Translations under genes and position numbers: made by a program
Source of the DNA: Carcharhinus longimanus
Lineage: Eukaryota
NCBI GenBank assembly: GCA_030264375.1
Contig: JASCQW010000072.1
Location: forward strand, 83,332,164-83,396,163
DNA: 64,000 bases
Direction: 5' to 3'
Notes under the pieces: model-generated
Seen by the model: only the letters and a program-made list of their open reading frames with translations
Databases searched by the model: none
What the model was told of the DNA's origin: nothing
Shown: positions 39,799 through 52,195 of the stretch, piece after piece
Position numbering within the stretch: position 1 is the stretch's first letter
How the letters are laid out: each line of letters begins with the position of its first letter

Positions 39799-39839
39799 TG
39801 CTTCTGAAGTTCATCAATGCGATTTCTGGCTGTAGTAAT
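39799..39839 (-). CDS. TNNT3: TNNT3 mutually exclusive exon 17-like, ITTARNRIDELQK(H)
   Basis: 41 nt, phase 0 to 2, ttacag/gtaagt; resembles mammalian ITTLRSRIDQAQKH; branch-point-like TACTAAT upstream. Confidence 0.93.
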
Positions 39840-41063
39840 CTGTAAATAACATATGCTCATTAGTACATTTCGCTGAAGACTGACACAGTTACCTGCGGTT
39901 GGAGGTTTGGACCACTTAACTGCTGAATGTCTGGTTCCTGTGGAAGCGCTCAAGGAAAGCCACAGAGTGACCTGTCAGATAAAATTTTGAAAATTGCATA
40001 TTGCGTACATCAAGACTGACACTTACTGGGTCTTCTTCTTGTTCCTGCTTCAATCCTGCAGGAAGGCACTCTAGGAAAAGTGGAGGTCTCCAGACTTATG
40101 ACAGCCTGTAGACCTGGCTCAGGAACTGTACTGGACTGTTGCAGCTAGCCTGAAAGCTTTTTGAGGAGGCAGCAGGTTAAACTGGAGACCAATTAAATGT
40201 TTAAAAATATATTGGATCTACAAGGCAGGAGTAAAGAAAAACATCTGTACTATTGTTTTGTAAAGGGGTCAAATATCACATACTAAGCGCACCATAACTA
40301 ATGGCTTAGGAGGAAACAAAATATTTTTTGTTGAAAAGGTGCTTTAATTTTTAAATATAATTAATTGTGACCTATTACCTAAATAATGGGTGAATGCATT
40401 TTAAGTAAATTTTGCTAAATGCTTTTTGTATCGCAATAATGACAAAACAGATGTCCCTGACAATAACTGTTTAATATTTTCGAAGCAACTAAAAAGTCCC
40501 TTAACTGGTGCAAATTGTTAGAATTTCACAAATATTGTGCAATATTTATGAATATTGTCCAAATTGAAAAAGACCAGGTCTATTCCCTTCATGCACACTT
40601 AAGATTAAAATAAGTTAGAGAACAATGAAGGGAATTCCTGTTGTAAGGTAAATAATGCCATGGCTGGTGCTACCTATTACCTTAATCCAAAAGGGTTCTA
40701 GCATTGGATTATTTTTCAATGGTAATTGCATTCTTGTAATGAAATGGACTGGCCAAATACAGTTTGATCAGATGATCAGTAAAATAGTCCTATTGAAATT
40801 AAGTGAGAGAGAAGCATTTTGAACTCAATGAGTAGTGATAAAGTCAAATAGATAGCAAAGGGATCATTGGTTTTGTCACTGGGTGGTCAGTTTCACTTAG
40901 ATGAAGTTAAAAGTAAAATCCTGGGTTTTAAGCAGAATTTTTACCTGCTACCTCCTCTCTGGATGTTTGATGGTTCCTTGGCTTACCATGCAGCCGGCCC
41001 ATGCATATTTCAGGCAGGACCCTTATAGCTGCAGCGCTAACAATGACTCTGTTTAGTACTTAC

Positions 41064-41104
41064 AACTTAGCCAGCAGCTCCAATCTTTTACGCAGTGTTG
41101 TTAT
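41064..41104 (-). CDS. TNNT3: TNNT3 mutually exclusive exon 16-like, ITTLRKRLELLAK(F)
   Basis: 41 nt, phase 0 to 2, ttttag/gtaagt; resembles mammalian IMNVRARVQMLAKF. Confidence 0.92.
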
Positions 41105-42849
41105 CTAAAAGAAATACAGCAATATGCATTTCAGTGGAACAATAAAATCATGGATTAGGTCAGGAAGTAACCTGTACAATGTGCTTTTTGTAAATGTCAA
41201 GTTTAAAATTACGTGGAATATTCTGTAAAAATATTGTCCTGAACAGAAACATTTGCAATTCTGTGCTTATATTAAGTATGTATTATGAGACATAGTAATG
41301 TTTTAATAATGTTTTCATTTTCACAGCATGTGTGAAACATTGTGCTAAATTGGGACAAGGCTTGTTATCTCCTTTAATCTCTCATTGGCAGTTCTGACAT
41401 CCTATTTGACCATGATTGCTAGAGAAATACTGGGTGAGGTTTTACAGTCTCGCTCGGGCAAGGCTGGAAATTCCAGACCGTGGTCAACAGAGATTTTTGT
41501 TATCGGACCCTCCTCTGCGCCGATTCTGTGGCAGGTGAGATGGTAGAGTTCTGGCCGTTCAGTTTTATTTAACACAACACCACCTCTATCTTTCTACTTC
41601 TTTTGCCAAATGACAACAAGAACAACATATCAGTTCACTACATGTTCCAAGGGATCGTCCATTTATAAAGGCTACTTGTACATATTTGTATCAGGGCAAT
41701 TGGGGATGTAGAATTCTGAAAGATGACATTCCAGTTGGGATTCTTCAATTAGTTTGTTCTGCTTCAGTCTCCAGTACAGTATAGGCAGAGTCCCATGAGT
41801 ACTATTCAATCAGTGCTTCGGAGTTCAGCACTGCACTAAACAGGAGAAAAAGCCTCAGGTCAGATGAGATAACTTGGCCTTTTCTCCCCAGAGTAACAAA
41901 AGTGTTAGCCAGCTTTATAAAAGCAATTAATTTTAAAAACAAGTATGTCTTTCATAAAGAGGCTGGAGAGACGTTGGAAATTATAAAAGTATAGATTAAA
42001 ATGATCTGGCACTCAATTGAACGTTGTAAAGCTGGATTTTCTGGCTGCACTCACCCCAAAACCGGAAAATCCCACCCAAGGCCAATGGGCTTTTCCATGG
42101 TCTGCCCCTCACCCACTATGATTCCTGTGGTAGGCGGAATGGAAAAATTTGCTCCGTAGTCTTTCTGTGGTGTCAGAGATGAAAAGGCTGCAGTCTATGA
42201 AAGGCAGTAGCTCAGGGTGGAGTAGGAGAAATAGGAAATGGATGATTATTTGGGATTTCACTTGTTTACTCTTGCAGAAGAAGTACTTGTATGAACATGA
42301 ATGCAAGAGACTAAATCCTTTTTTAAAATCATTCATTGGGCATGGGTATCACAGAATCCATGATAGGATGAATACATAAGAACATAAGAAATAGGAGCAG
42401 GAGTAGGCCATCTAGCCCTTCGAGCCTGCCCCACCATTCAACAAGATCATGNNNNNNNNNNNNNNNNNNNNNNNNNNNNNNNNNNNNNNNNNNNNNNNNN
42501 NNNNNNNNNNNNNNNNNNNNNNNNNNNNNNNNNNNNNNNNNNNNNNNNNNNAAAGTGGATAACCTCACATTTGCTAACATTATACTCCATCTGCTAGGTC
42601 CTCGCCCACTCACTCAGCCTATCCAGATTTCTCTGCAGACTTTCCACACCTTCCACGCAATTTGCTTTTCCACTCATCCTCGTGTATTTGCTATGCAGAA
42701 ACAAGCTTGAAGGGCTCAATGGCCTTTCTTCAATTCACACTTTTTTAACATGCGAACATGTGTTTCTGACCAACAAAGAATTCTCTGCTAAACACGTGAT
42801 ATGCTGATTACTAGACATATTAGAACATGCCATTGCAATTGCTGACAAT

Positions 42850-43190
42850 CCAAATTTGGAAAGTTATGAAACATGGATCTGGAGAAGGATGGAGCAGGTC
42901 AGTTGGAGAGAACACAAGAACAATAAAGAAATTCTCAGGATGGTGGAAGAAGAAAGATTGTTAATGAATGTCAACAAGAAATGGCAGCAAGGTTGGCTTG
43001 GCCATATACTAAGTCAAGGGAATTTGCTGAAGGAGGCAATCGAGGGGAGAATAGAAGGCTGTTGACCAAAAGAGTGGAAAAGAATGATGATGTTAAACAA
43101 CCTGAAATTGAAAGTGGAAGTCTCCTACAAGCCATATAAGAGGAAAGAGGAAGACTGCAGGCATGGAGAAATAGGCAGAGGGTCTGCTCT
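42850..43190 (+). mobile_element. RTE-clade LINE 3' fragment
   Basis: ETWIWRRMEQVSW..NKEIL..WLGHI..IEGRIEG, typical RTE ORF C-terminus. Confidence 0.75.
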
Positions 43191-43989
43191 TAGGCAAATC
43201 ACTGCTCCAGTAATCAAGGGCAGTTTGCTCTTCAAGAAGTTTGAAAATATAGTAGTTAATCAATTGTATTTCATTCCCTTTTAAAACAGGATTACTGTGG
43301 TCCATTAAAGATGTTTTATGGTTTAACTTACTGCTTTTTGAAACTTTATTAACTGCTAGATCTGAAATGGAGAAATGATGATGAAAAGTTCAGTAACATT
43401 ACTGGTATCCATGCAAAACGCAATTTCTGGCAGCACTGAAACAATTCTAGAAGATATCTTTTCTCAGCCCTGTATTTATGCACAGTGATCTCAACTCCAT
43501 CTACCATGATTCACAACAGACATAAAATAAAAGCATTCACTTAATATTGTTCCTCAAAACTTGAAAATGTTTCACATTACTCTGTTATAGTAATATGTAT
43601 ACAGCTCTAAGGATCTACAATAACACATGTCAGAAATTAAACACCAATTCATTGTTAACTGATTAATCCAAATTTCTTGTGTTTAATAGAAATGGGAGCA
43701 AGTGATTGTATTTATTATCAAAAGTTGATTAACTATACAGGAGAAATTATGTCATCTATACATTATAGCGCTGACTCTGCACTCCTGATCTCCCAGCTAA
43801 CTGGAAACCAAAGGAATTCTAAACCTCTTCAAGGGCTTGGAGGCTTGGAGTTACTAATCAAGAATCAATGAAGTAAATCTTTATACATGAAGCAAAGAGT
43901 CTGTTGTGTAGTGTAAATCAATTAGCATTTGTATGGATCCGTGTTACAAACTGTCAAGAGTCACAAAACCAAAATCATGTAGTTGGACC

Positions 43990-44088
43990 TGAAAACAGAA
44001 AATATTGAAAACACTCAGTAGATCTCGCAGCATCTGTGGAGAGAAGCAGTGTTAACCATTCAGCAAGGTGACCCTTCCTCAGAACTAG
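43990..44088 (-). mobile_element. Penelope-like short repeat, second family; related decayed copies at about 505-606 and 32020-32100
   Basis: Reverse complement reads GTTCTGAGGAAGGGTCA...TTAAC...TCCACAGATGCTGC..CTGAGT. Confidence 0.55.
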
Positions 44089-44581
44089 GAGTGCCATTGG
44101 GAATACTTTGGGCAATAGCTCAGAGACATTGAGGCAACATATCCTCTGAGGACCTAAGTGAATCTGAGCACTACAGGTATAGATTAAAAGAACTGTATTT
44201 AAAAATATTGAAACACAAATTATTGAGTGGAAATACATTCATTCCAACTGAAGTATGCATTCTTCATCCAATTGCACTGGAAATTGAAGAGTATATCTCA
44301 AGCATTGAATTGAGCTGACAATCTGAGAACAAGCTACAAGAGGGACCGAGTGAAATATATAGGTGATGTGTTCAACTAAATTCCAATTTAGTGTTTTCGC
44401 TTTTAACACACGTAAGTGCAATGCCTATCTCATAGTGAAAAGTTTTAAAAAGTCTGTTATAGTATTTAGTATCAACAATGTACATCGAAACAAGGAGGAA
44501 TTGTNNNNNNNNNNNNNNNNNNNNNNNNNNNNNNNNNNNNNNNNNNNNNNNNNNNNNNNNNNNNNCAAATTGGGTACATAC

Positions 44582-44672
44582 CTCATACTTCTGCCTCTTC
44601 AGTTTCTCACCCATATCAAATTTTTCAGATTCTAGGTGGCACAGCCATTCGTGGAGTTCCTTGGCTTTTTCC
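44582..44672 (-). CDS. TNNT3: TNNT3 exon, (R)[30 protein letters not shown]
   Basis: 91 nt, canonical splice sites; conserved EKLKRQKY motif. Confidence 0.96.
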
Positions 44673-45055
44673 CTGATTGTTTAAAAAAGCAAGGTATTGG
44701 TTTTACATTGGTAACTTCAAACAGAGCTTGGTATTGGAAGGACAGAATGGAGGGAAATTAGATCGGGCCCCAGGCCTCAACTACATTTACATATGAGGGA
44801 GGAGCAAATTGCAGTGGAGTAAAAGGGAAATCAAGCTTTTAGGATTAGGAATGCAGCAGGAGGCATCATTGCCCAGTTGTCCTCTACTTTCCATCCCTAC
44901 ATCACACAAATTCTGGTGGTTTCAAAGAGCAAAATTCATTTCAAGATGTTTCAAAGTAAGGCCGATCTGAGGGATAAACCCTGAGTTTGTTAATATCAGA
45001 GACAAAAAAAATCAGAATTGGAGGCTGAATAAGAAAGTTTGAAATTGAAAAGGAT

Positions 45056-45350
45056 AATCATAGAATCCCTACAGTGCAGAAGGAGTACATTTGGCTCATG
45101 GAGCCTACAATGACAACAATCCCACCCAGATCCTATTCCCATAACCGCGCACATTTATCCTGCTAAACCCCCTGACACTAATGGGCAGTTTAGCACATCT
45201 TTGGAGTGCGGGAGAAAACTGGAACACCTGGAGGAAACCCACACAGATAAAGGGAGAATGTGCAAACTCCACACAGTGACCTGAGTCAGGAATTGAACCC
45301 GGTTCCTGGCACTGCAAGGTAGCAGTGCTAATCACTGCAACAACATGCCA
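45056..45350 (-). mobile_element. HE1-like SINE
   Basis: ATCATAGAATCCCTACAGTGCAGAAGGAG tail and tRNA-like head. Confidence 0.85.
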
Positions 45351-46301
45351 TCCACAATCATAAAATCTACTCTTTTTGCAGACCATGCAAGACCTCAGGT
45401 TGAATACCCCTGCACTATGGCCCCAAATGTCTCCCATCACACATGCCAATATCTCTATACTTTCTTTCCTAATGCCTCTAAATTTGGTAGAGAATTGAGG
45501 TAAAATGGATAACTCTTTCCGAGACCCAGCATATCTGTGAGGAACCACTTCCTGTGCTGTAAAATGCAATGATTTTTGTGATGAATGCCCTTTAAGAGCA
45601 TTAAATCAGAAAAGGGTCACCTGGCTTAGGGGACCAATTGCAAGTCAGAGTGGGTAATTACCTCAGGGGGACACATAGGGGACTAAATGCAGTCATTTGG
45701 CTGCTGTACTGTTCTTCTTATCAGTAAATCCTTTTGTGTTTCTAATGAAATCTGTGAAAGTGGATCTTCATAATCACACAGTCCATAAAATGAGGATCCA
45801 CTATTGTCTTTCTGAATATATTTTGGCCTTGGAGGGAGTGCAGAGGAGGTTTACTAGGCTGATACCGGAGTTGAGGGGGTTGAGCTATGAGGNNNNNNNN
45901 NNNNNNNNNNNNNNNNNNNNNNNNNNNNNNNNNNNNNNNNNNNNNNNNNNNNNNNNNNNNNNNNNNNNNNNNNNNNNNNNNNNNNNNNNNNNGATCTTAT
46001 TGAATGGCGGGGCAGGCTCGAAGGGCCAGATGGCCTACTCCTGCTCCTATTTCTTATGTTCTTATATATAAATCTTGTTTCATTTTTAAAGATACAAACT
46101 GATTGAGAACTAACTAATTATGATGGTGGTCTTGGGAATGCAAACAATTAAGTTATGCAAAAGCTGAGTTCAGTGAAAATCTTTGTCCAAAACTTAACAC
46201 ATTTTCCTTTAATATGGTCATTAACTTCTTTAAAGTGCAAGTACGAAAGAGAGGGATGCATTCATCAAACATTAAACAGTGACACGTTTGTAAGTACTCA
46301 C

Positions 46302-46411
46302 CTAAGCTTGTCTTCATTAAGATGGTCAATGTTGAGTGGCTTGCGCCTCTCTGCTAGGATTTTCCTCTTCTTTTCCCTTTCAGTCTGCTTCTTGCCTCTC
46401 TTCTGGTCAGC
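46302..46411 (-). CDS. TNNT3: TNNT3 exon, [36 protein letters not shown]
   Basis: 110 nt, canonical splice sites; highly conserved TnT segment. Confidence 0.97.
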
Positions 46412-46941
46412 CTGATTTTACAATCAAATTTAAATGTAAGAAAATCAATTTGACTTTTAATTTTAAAATTTAGGGATGCACGAGTGAGTTTACAGTTCTA
46501 CCAATTTTTCAACGAGTTTATTCGAGCCAATTTCTACTTTCCAGAATTGCCTGGTATTTTCAGCTTCAGCATTCCTTGTGCATGCTGTTAGTTTATGTCA
46601 ACATGTTATTTGTTTTAATAGTCAGAATATTGTTGTTTGGGCAAGTGTGTAATATGAGCCTAATCATTTTGTTCTGACATGCTATGTGGGTGTCACTGAT
46701 AAAGCCAGCATTTGTTGGTCATTCCTAATTAGCCTTGAGCTGAGTGGCTTACTAGACCATTTCAGAAGATAATTAAGAGTTAAGGACATTGCTATAGGGT
46801 TTGGAGTCAAATATAGGCCAAACTAGGTAAGGATAGCAGATTTCTTTCCCTGTAGGGATATTAGTGAACCAGATAAGTTTTTAATGAAAATCGACAACTA
46901 TTTCATGGTTACTATTACTATGATCAGACCCTAATTAGAGA

Positions 46942-47424
46942 TCATAAAATCATAAAATCCTTATAGTACAGAAGGAGGCCAATAGGCTCACTGGGCGGGA
47001 TTTTACAGCCTTGCTCGGGCAAGACCAGAAATTCCTGCTGGAGGTCAACAGAGATTTCTGTTGTTGGACCCTCATTCGCACCGATTCCATGGCAGACGAG
47101 GTGGTAGAGTTCTGGCCATTGTATCTCCATTGACTCTCCAACAGAACATCTTACCCAGGCCCAAGCACCATAAATCCACGTATTTATCCCACTAATCCCC
47201 CGAACCTACACATCTCGGGACCTAAGAGAGGCAATTTACTACGGCCAATCAATCTAACCTGCACATCTTTGTTCTGTGAGAGGAAACCAGAGCACCCAGA
47301 GGAAGCCCACGCAGACACGGGGAGTATATGCAAACTCCACACTGTTTGTTACCCAAAGTCGGAATTGAACATGGAGCCCTTGGTGCTGTGAGACAGCAGT
47401 GCTAACCACTGTGCCACTGTACTG
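46942..47424 (-). mobile_element. HE1-like SINE with an internal MITE insertion
   Basis: SINE tail interrupted at about 46993-47117. Confidence 0.8.
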
Positions 47425-47839
47425 CCAGATTTTGTTAACTTAATTTACATTCCACCAGCTACCATGTTTCCAGAGCATTAGTCTGGGCCTCTGGATTACT
47501 AGTCCAGTGACATTGCCGCTCACAGCTATCCCCAGTATGTACCAAGGATGCTAGGTTTATGGGTTATGTTTATGCTTTTCAGCTAAGATAGGGAGCACCA
47601 AGAGACACATCTCCTGATCATAGTCAATAATGGAGCCCATGAATGAACACATCCACCTTTTAGGCTATCCCAATTTAAAAATGGAGCCAATATTCAGCTC
47701 CATTCCTTGCCTGAGCTTTGGACAGCCGCAGTGTAACCAAAGTAGAGGCTGTGACCTCAACATTCCCCATGTGACAGGAGGCAATATGGGGCCTATATTA
47801 TCATGAATTCACACGTTGACACATATGCTGGCATTTTAC

Positions 47840-47953
47840 CCTGGCAAGGTAGCTGCTGTATTGAGCACCCATGCTGGTTAGAGCCTTCTTCTTCTTGGCA
47901 TCATCATCAGCCCTCCTCCTGGCATCACCCTCCTCCCGTCTAGCTTTTTCCTC
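47840..47953 (-). CDS. TNNT3: TNNT3 exon, [38 protein letters not shown]
   Basis: 114 nt, phase 0-0; matches fast TnT SMGANYSSYLAK. Confidence 0.96.
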
Positions 47954-48304
47954 CTATTGAATGAATAAGAGATTATGAAATATGATGGGCAAGAAATTGA
48001 GGTTAGCACAGAACCGGAGACATATCAAATTTTCAAACTCAAGGGCTGGGATTCTCTGCCCCAGTTTTCGGTGGTTGGGAAAGCTACTGGGGGTCAGAGA
48101 ATCCAACAGAGTCCCCGAGATAGCATCTACACCGACGGGATTTCTCTTTCCCCTTGTTATCACCTTGCTGGGGCTACACACCGCTTTTCCCGCCCAAGTT
48201 GACAGTTAGATCAAAGAATGATAAACTTCCACCCCAAGTGGGACAAAGAAACTTGCATTTATTCACATTTCATCACTCAGATAAGTTCCAAAGTCATTCA
48301 CAGA

Positions 48305-48647
48305 GAATCATAGAATCCCTGCAGTGCAGAAGGAGGCAATTTGGCCCATTGAGTCTGAAGTGACCACAATCCCACCCAGGCCCTATTCCCATAACCCCAT
48401 GCATTTACCCTAGCTAGTCCTGCTGACACTAAGGGGCAATTTAGCATGGTCAATCCACGTAACCCGCACATCTTTGGACTGTGGGAGGAAACTGGAGCAC
48501 CTGGAGGAAACCCACATAGATACCCTATGTGGAGAATGTGCACCCTAGGGGAGAACGTGCAGACTCCACACAGACAGTGATCCAAACCAGGAGTCAGACT
48601 TGGGTCCCTGGCGCTATGAGGCAGCAGTGCTAACCACTGTGCCACTG
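48305..48647 (-). mobile_element. HE1-like SINE with a short internal tandem duplication
   Basis: Near full-length copy; CCCTA..GGAGAA.GTGCA repeated at 48522-48561. Confidence 0.85.
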
Positions 48648-48967
48648 TGAATCAGTTAAAAGTGCATTCTGACACGTCTTAGGTTTTGCAGATGAAAAAC
48701 ATTCATTTGAGGGAAGCATCAGGTAACAGCTAATGCTCTTAAAACAATGATCCACAATGTGTCTTAGCAGGGCAGAGAGATGGTGGGGGAATGAGTTTGC
48801 AACTTCTTATCGATGATAAATCTCATCTCTAACATTATCCCAATTTTGACAGCTGTGGTTTCACCTTGTTACATTTTTTGACATGTCTGAGTTTGCGCCT
48901 TTATTTTGTATCAGTAGGGTTGATGAAAAGCTGAACAAGTCAAACCCACTATTGTTGAGTGACTTAC

Positions 48968-49045
48968 CGCCTGCCTGGCCTGACGCTCCTTCTCCTTTTC
49001 AGCGCGAATTCTTTGCTGTTCAGCTCTTTCAGCTCTACGCTTCTC
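48968..49045 (-). CDS. TNNT3: TNNT3 exon, EKRRAERAEQQRIRAEKEKERQARQA
   Basis: 78 nt; invariant TnT motif RRAERAEQQRIR. Confidence 0.97.
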
Positions 49046-49097
49046 CTGTGGAGTGCAGAAAAAAATATGTAAAGGGTGGCAGTGTGTTTGCCTTGTT

Positions 49098-49414
49098 TAG
49101 AATCATAGAATCCCTACAGTGCAGAAGGAGGCCATGCAGCCCATCGAGCCTGCACTGACAACTATCCCACCCAAGTCCTATCTCTGTAACCCTATGTATT
49201 TACCCTGCTAGTCCCCCTGACACTAATGGGCAACTTAGCATGGCCAATCAACCTAACCCACATATCTTTTAGAGTGTGGGAGGAAACCGGAGTATCCGGA
49301 GGAAATCTACACAGACACGAGAAGAACATGCAGACACCACACAGACAGTGATCCGAGAGCAGAGTTGAACCCGGGTCCCTGATATGGTAAGGCAGCAGTG
49401 CTAACCATGGTGCC
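49098..49414 (-). mobile_element. HE1-like SINE
   Basis: Near full-length copy. Confidence 0.85.
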
Positions 49415-49672
49415 CCCATGTCCATGGTCAATTCATATAGGTTCAGAAGTAAGTGATATCTCATTACAGTGAGCATAGCTCCATCATTGTTACTAGTCAG
49501 AATGTATCTTTACTGTTGCAATGCACAGCAGCAGCACAACTCTACTGTGCACAGTGACACAGCTGACTTAGCAAGATACCATGGGTTCAGTCTGAGATGA
49601 TAATTACAGTATGGGGGTGACACACCTTGGTCAGGATTCAATTTGTTGTTTTAATATTCATGTAACACTCAC

Positions 49673-49789
49673 AATCCTCTCTTTCAGAGCAATCAGTTCC
49701 TCTTCCTCCTTCTTCCTATTCTCAAAATGAAGGTCAATCAGGGCTTGCAGCTCAACCAGATCTTTGTTCTGCCGCTTCTTCTGGATGTC
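49673..49789 (-). CDS. TNNT3: TNNT3 exon, [39 protein letters not shown]
   Basis: 117 nt; [11 protein letters not shown] is the fast-isoform signature (slow and cardiac have DIHRKRMEKDL). Confidence 0.97.
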
Positions 49790-50891
49790 CTGAACATCAC
49801 ACAAACACAGAAGCATCAGAGCAGTAGAAGAAATATCATATCCATAGCTAGTTCATACAGCACAAGTGAACAGATTCATACAAATCAGGAGGACATAGCG
49901 CCGGCGAGGGTAAACTATGATTTCACCCAACTGATTTTCCTCTGCTAAATACAATAAGGTTTGAGTCAGAGGCAGCATCCTAAATAATGCAGATGTAAAA
50001 GGAATCATACTGAGTGCAAGTTGTGACTGAGCAACTGTGATAGCTGTATTATATTAAATAAACACTAATCAAACAGGATAAGGACACCTTGAACCAGGTA
50101 TGCATCTGACATAATTCAAAATTCACAGATCAATGTGCCATCAAAGCAATTTTTTGGAAATAAGGCAACAATTTCCTGCTGGTTTTGCAGACCCTGATAA
50201 CATTTCTTGGTACATGAGCCATTAATTTACAAGTATCTGCTGATCTAAGGAAACATCCATCAGTAGTTTTCTCTACTTGGGCTAAGCAAATGGCTAATTA
50301 TACCAAATGTACCGCNNNNNNNNNNNNNNNNNNNNNNNNNNNNNNNNNNNNNNNNNNNNNNNNNNNNNNNNNNNNNNNNNNNNNNNNNNNNNNNNNNNNN
50401 NNNNNNNNNNNNNNNGCAGTAATGGTCTTAACCACACAGTCATGGTTAAATTCATTCCCCCCACCCCCTTATCTTAGTATCTTTTCTGGGAATGCACTTT
50501 GTGATATGATTGAATGGTACATCCAGAAGCAGCTGTGATCTCTATATGATTATATGGTGCACTGATGTTAATTTTCTGGTCCCACACATAAAAGCATTGC
50601 CACTTAAATAAGTTCTAGAGAATTGCCAGTGCCTCTGGAACCTTGTACGATTTTCAGTACCTCTCTATGGGAACAGAAAAAGAGACTACTTTGGGAAAAG
50701 AGAAAAATAGCAAAAGTTCTGGATTAACTTCCTCACTGAATCCTACTTGGAATAGAAATGACCATCATTAATGATTTTACAATTGTTACTAACTTTGATC
50801 TTATATATTAAAGAACAAAAGCTTATGAAGCCATCAACAAAAAACATGCTTATTGAACAATAAATAGTCTGTTTGATAACTCTGTACTCAC

Positions 50892-50937
50892 ATCAAAGTC
50901 AACTTTCTCTCCCTCTGGGATTTTGGGAGCAGACATT
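50892..50937 (-). CDS. TNNT3: TNNT3 exon, (K)MSAPKIPEGEKVDFD
   Basis: 46 nt, ttacag/gtgagt; matches APKIPEGEKVDFD. Confidence 0.96.
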
Positions 50938-51619
50938 CTGTAATAATGGAACAAGAATTAATGACAGCTAGAACTGTAAACAGGTTGTGATAGTTTTTGG
51001 AGCTTTCTCTGTGAATTGCTTCTTCACTCTGATGAAGGCTGTGTGCACTCTGGGAAATGAAACATTTTCAATTTCAATACCCTAATCGCTATTTCTACTG
51101 CTCTGCATCACGTATCCGCCTCCACAATTTTTTTTCAGTTAAAGACACTGCAGCAATTTTCACTCTAAACATTGGTGGATATATTGGTGGATTATCCACC
51201 CATTACACTGTCCTTTCCAGGGCCATTCTTTTTCCACAGTTGCCACAACTGACTATCATCACCACTACTTAAAAGCTCTTGTTGCACCTTGCGCTGTTGT
51301 AATGATCCTGGTCAGCTCTTTCCTGTTCCCCATAGTAGCGTGGTAACCCCAATAAACTCTCATGACCCGTGTCAGTTGTCTAGACTGCTCACTTCCCTCT
51401 CATCCCCCAATCTTCCCATGCCAAGCTGACCAGGGGAAGGTAACAAAAAGGGAAAGTGAATACAGCAAAGTAGAAGAATGGATAAAATTTAGCACCTCTT
51501 GCCCTCCAAGCATTGAGTCACACTCAATGGAAACATGCATCAGAGAATTAGGGTTAGTTCCTTTGAACAAAAGTTCAAATTAGAGAGAATGGGATCCCTG
51601 AATTACCCTGGACAAACAA

Positions 51620-52195
51620 CTTAGAAAGAGATATCTACAAATGACAAGAGAAAGGAACACAAGTTAGAGAACAGCAACAGAGAGAATGCAACAAACAAAA
51701 GATGGATGACAAAGAAATAAGGAACAAGAAGGGAAGAAGAAACACATGGGCAGAAAAAAAGCAATAGAAAGACAGAAATGGAAGTGAAGGAGAGGGAAAG
51801 AACCAAGATAGAACAGAGGTGGGACAAATGGATCGAAAGGGGGTAAATACAGAAGGATAAGGCAGGCAGAAGGGAAGGAGAGAACCACATGGGAAGAAGA
51901 ATGAGAAGGAAATTAGGAATAGAGAAACACTCACACACAGACACACAGAAAGAAAGGTCAGGGAGGGGAACAGAAAATTTAGAAAATAGCACAAATGATG
52001 AGAGAGTCAAAAGAGAAAAACATGACAGAACAGGAGAGACAGGCAGAAAAGGAGAGAAATAGAAAGACAGTGAAGGTGAGAGAAAAAGAGATGCACAGAG
52101 GAAAAGCTGGAGGGAAGTAGATGGGAATTCATGAAAAAAAAGAAATGGGGAACAAGACACAACTTGGAAAGGCATGGACAGGAAAAGAACAATAT
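51620..52195. repeat. About 570-bp low-complexity purine-rich tract (pyrimidine-rich on the TNNT3 sense strand); similar tract at 60340-60660
   Basis: Strong A/G bias on the plus strand without a fixed unit. Confidence 0.85.
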
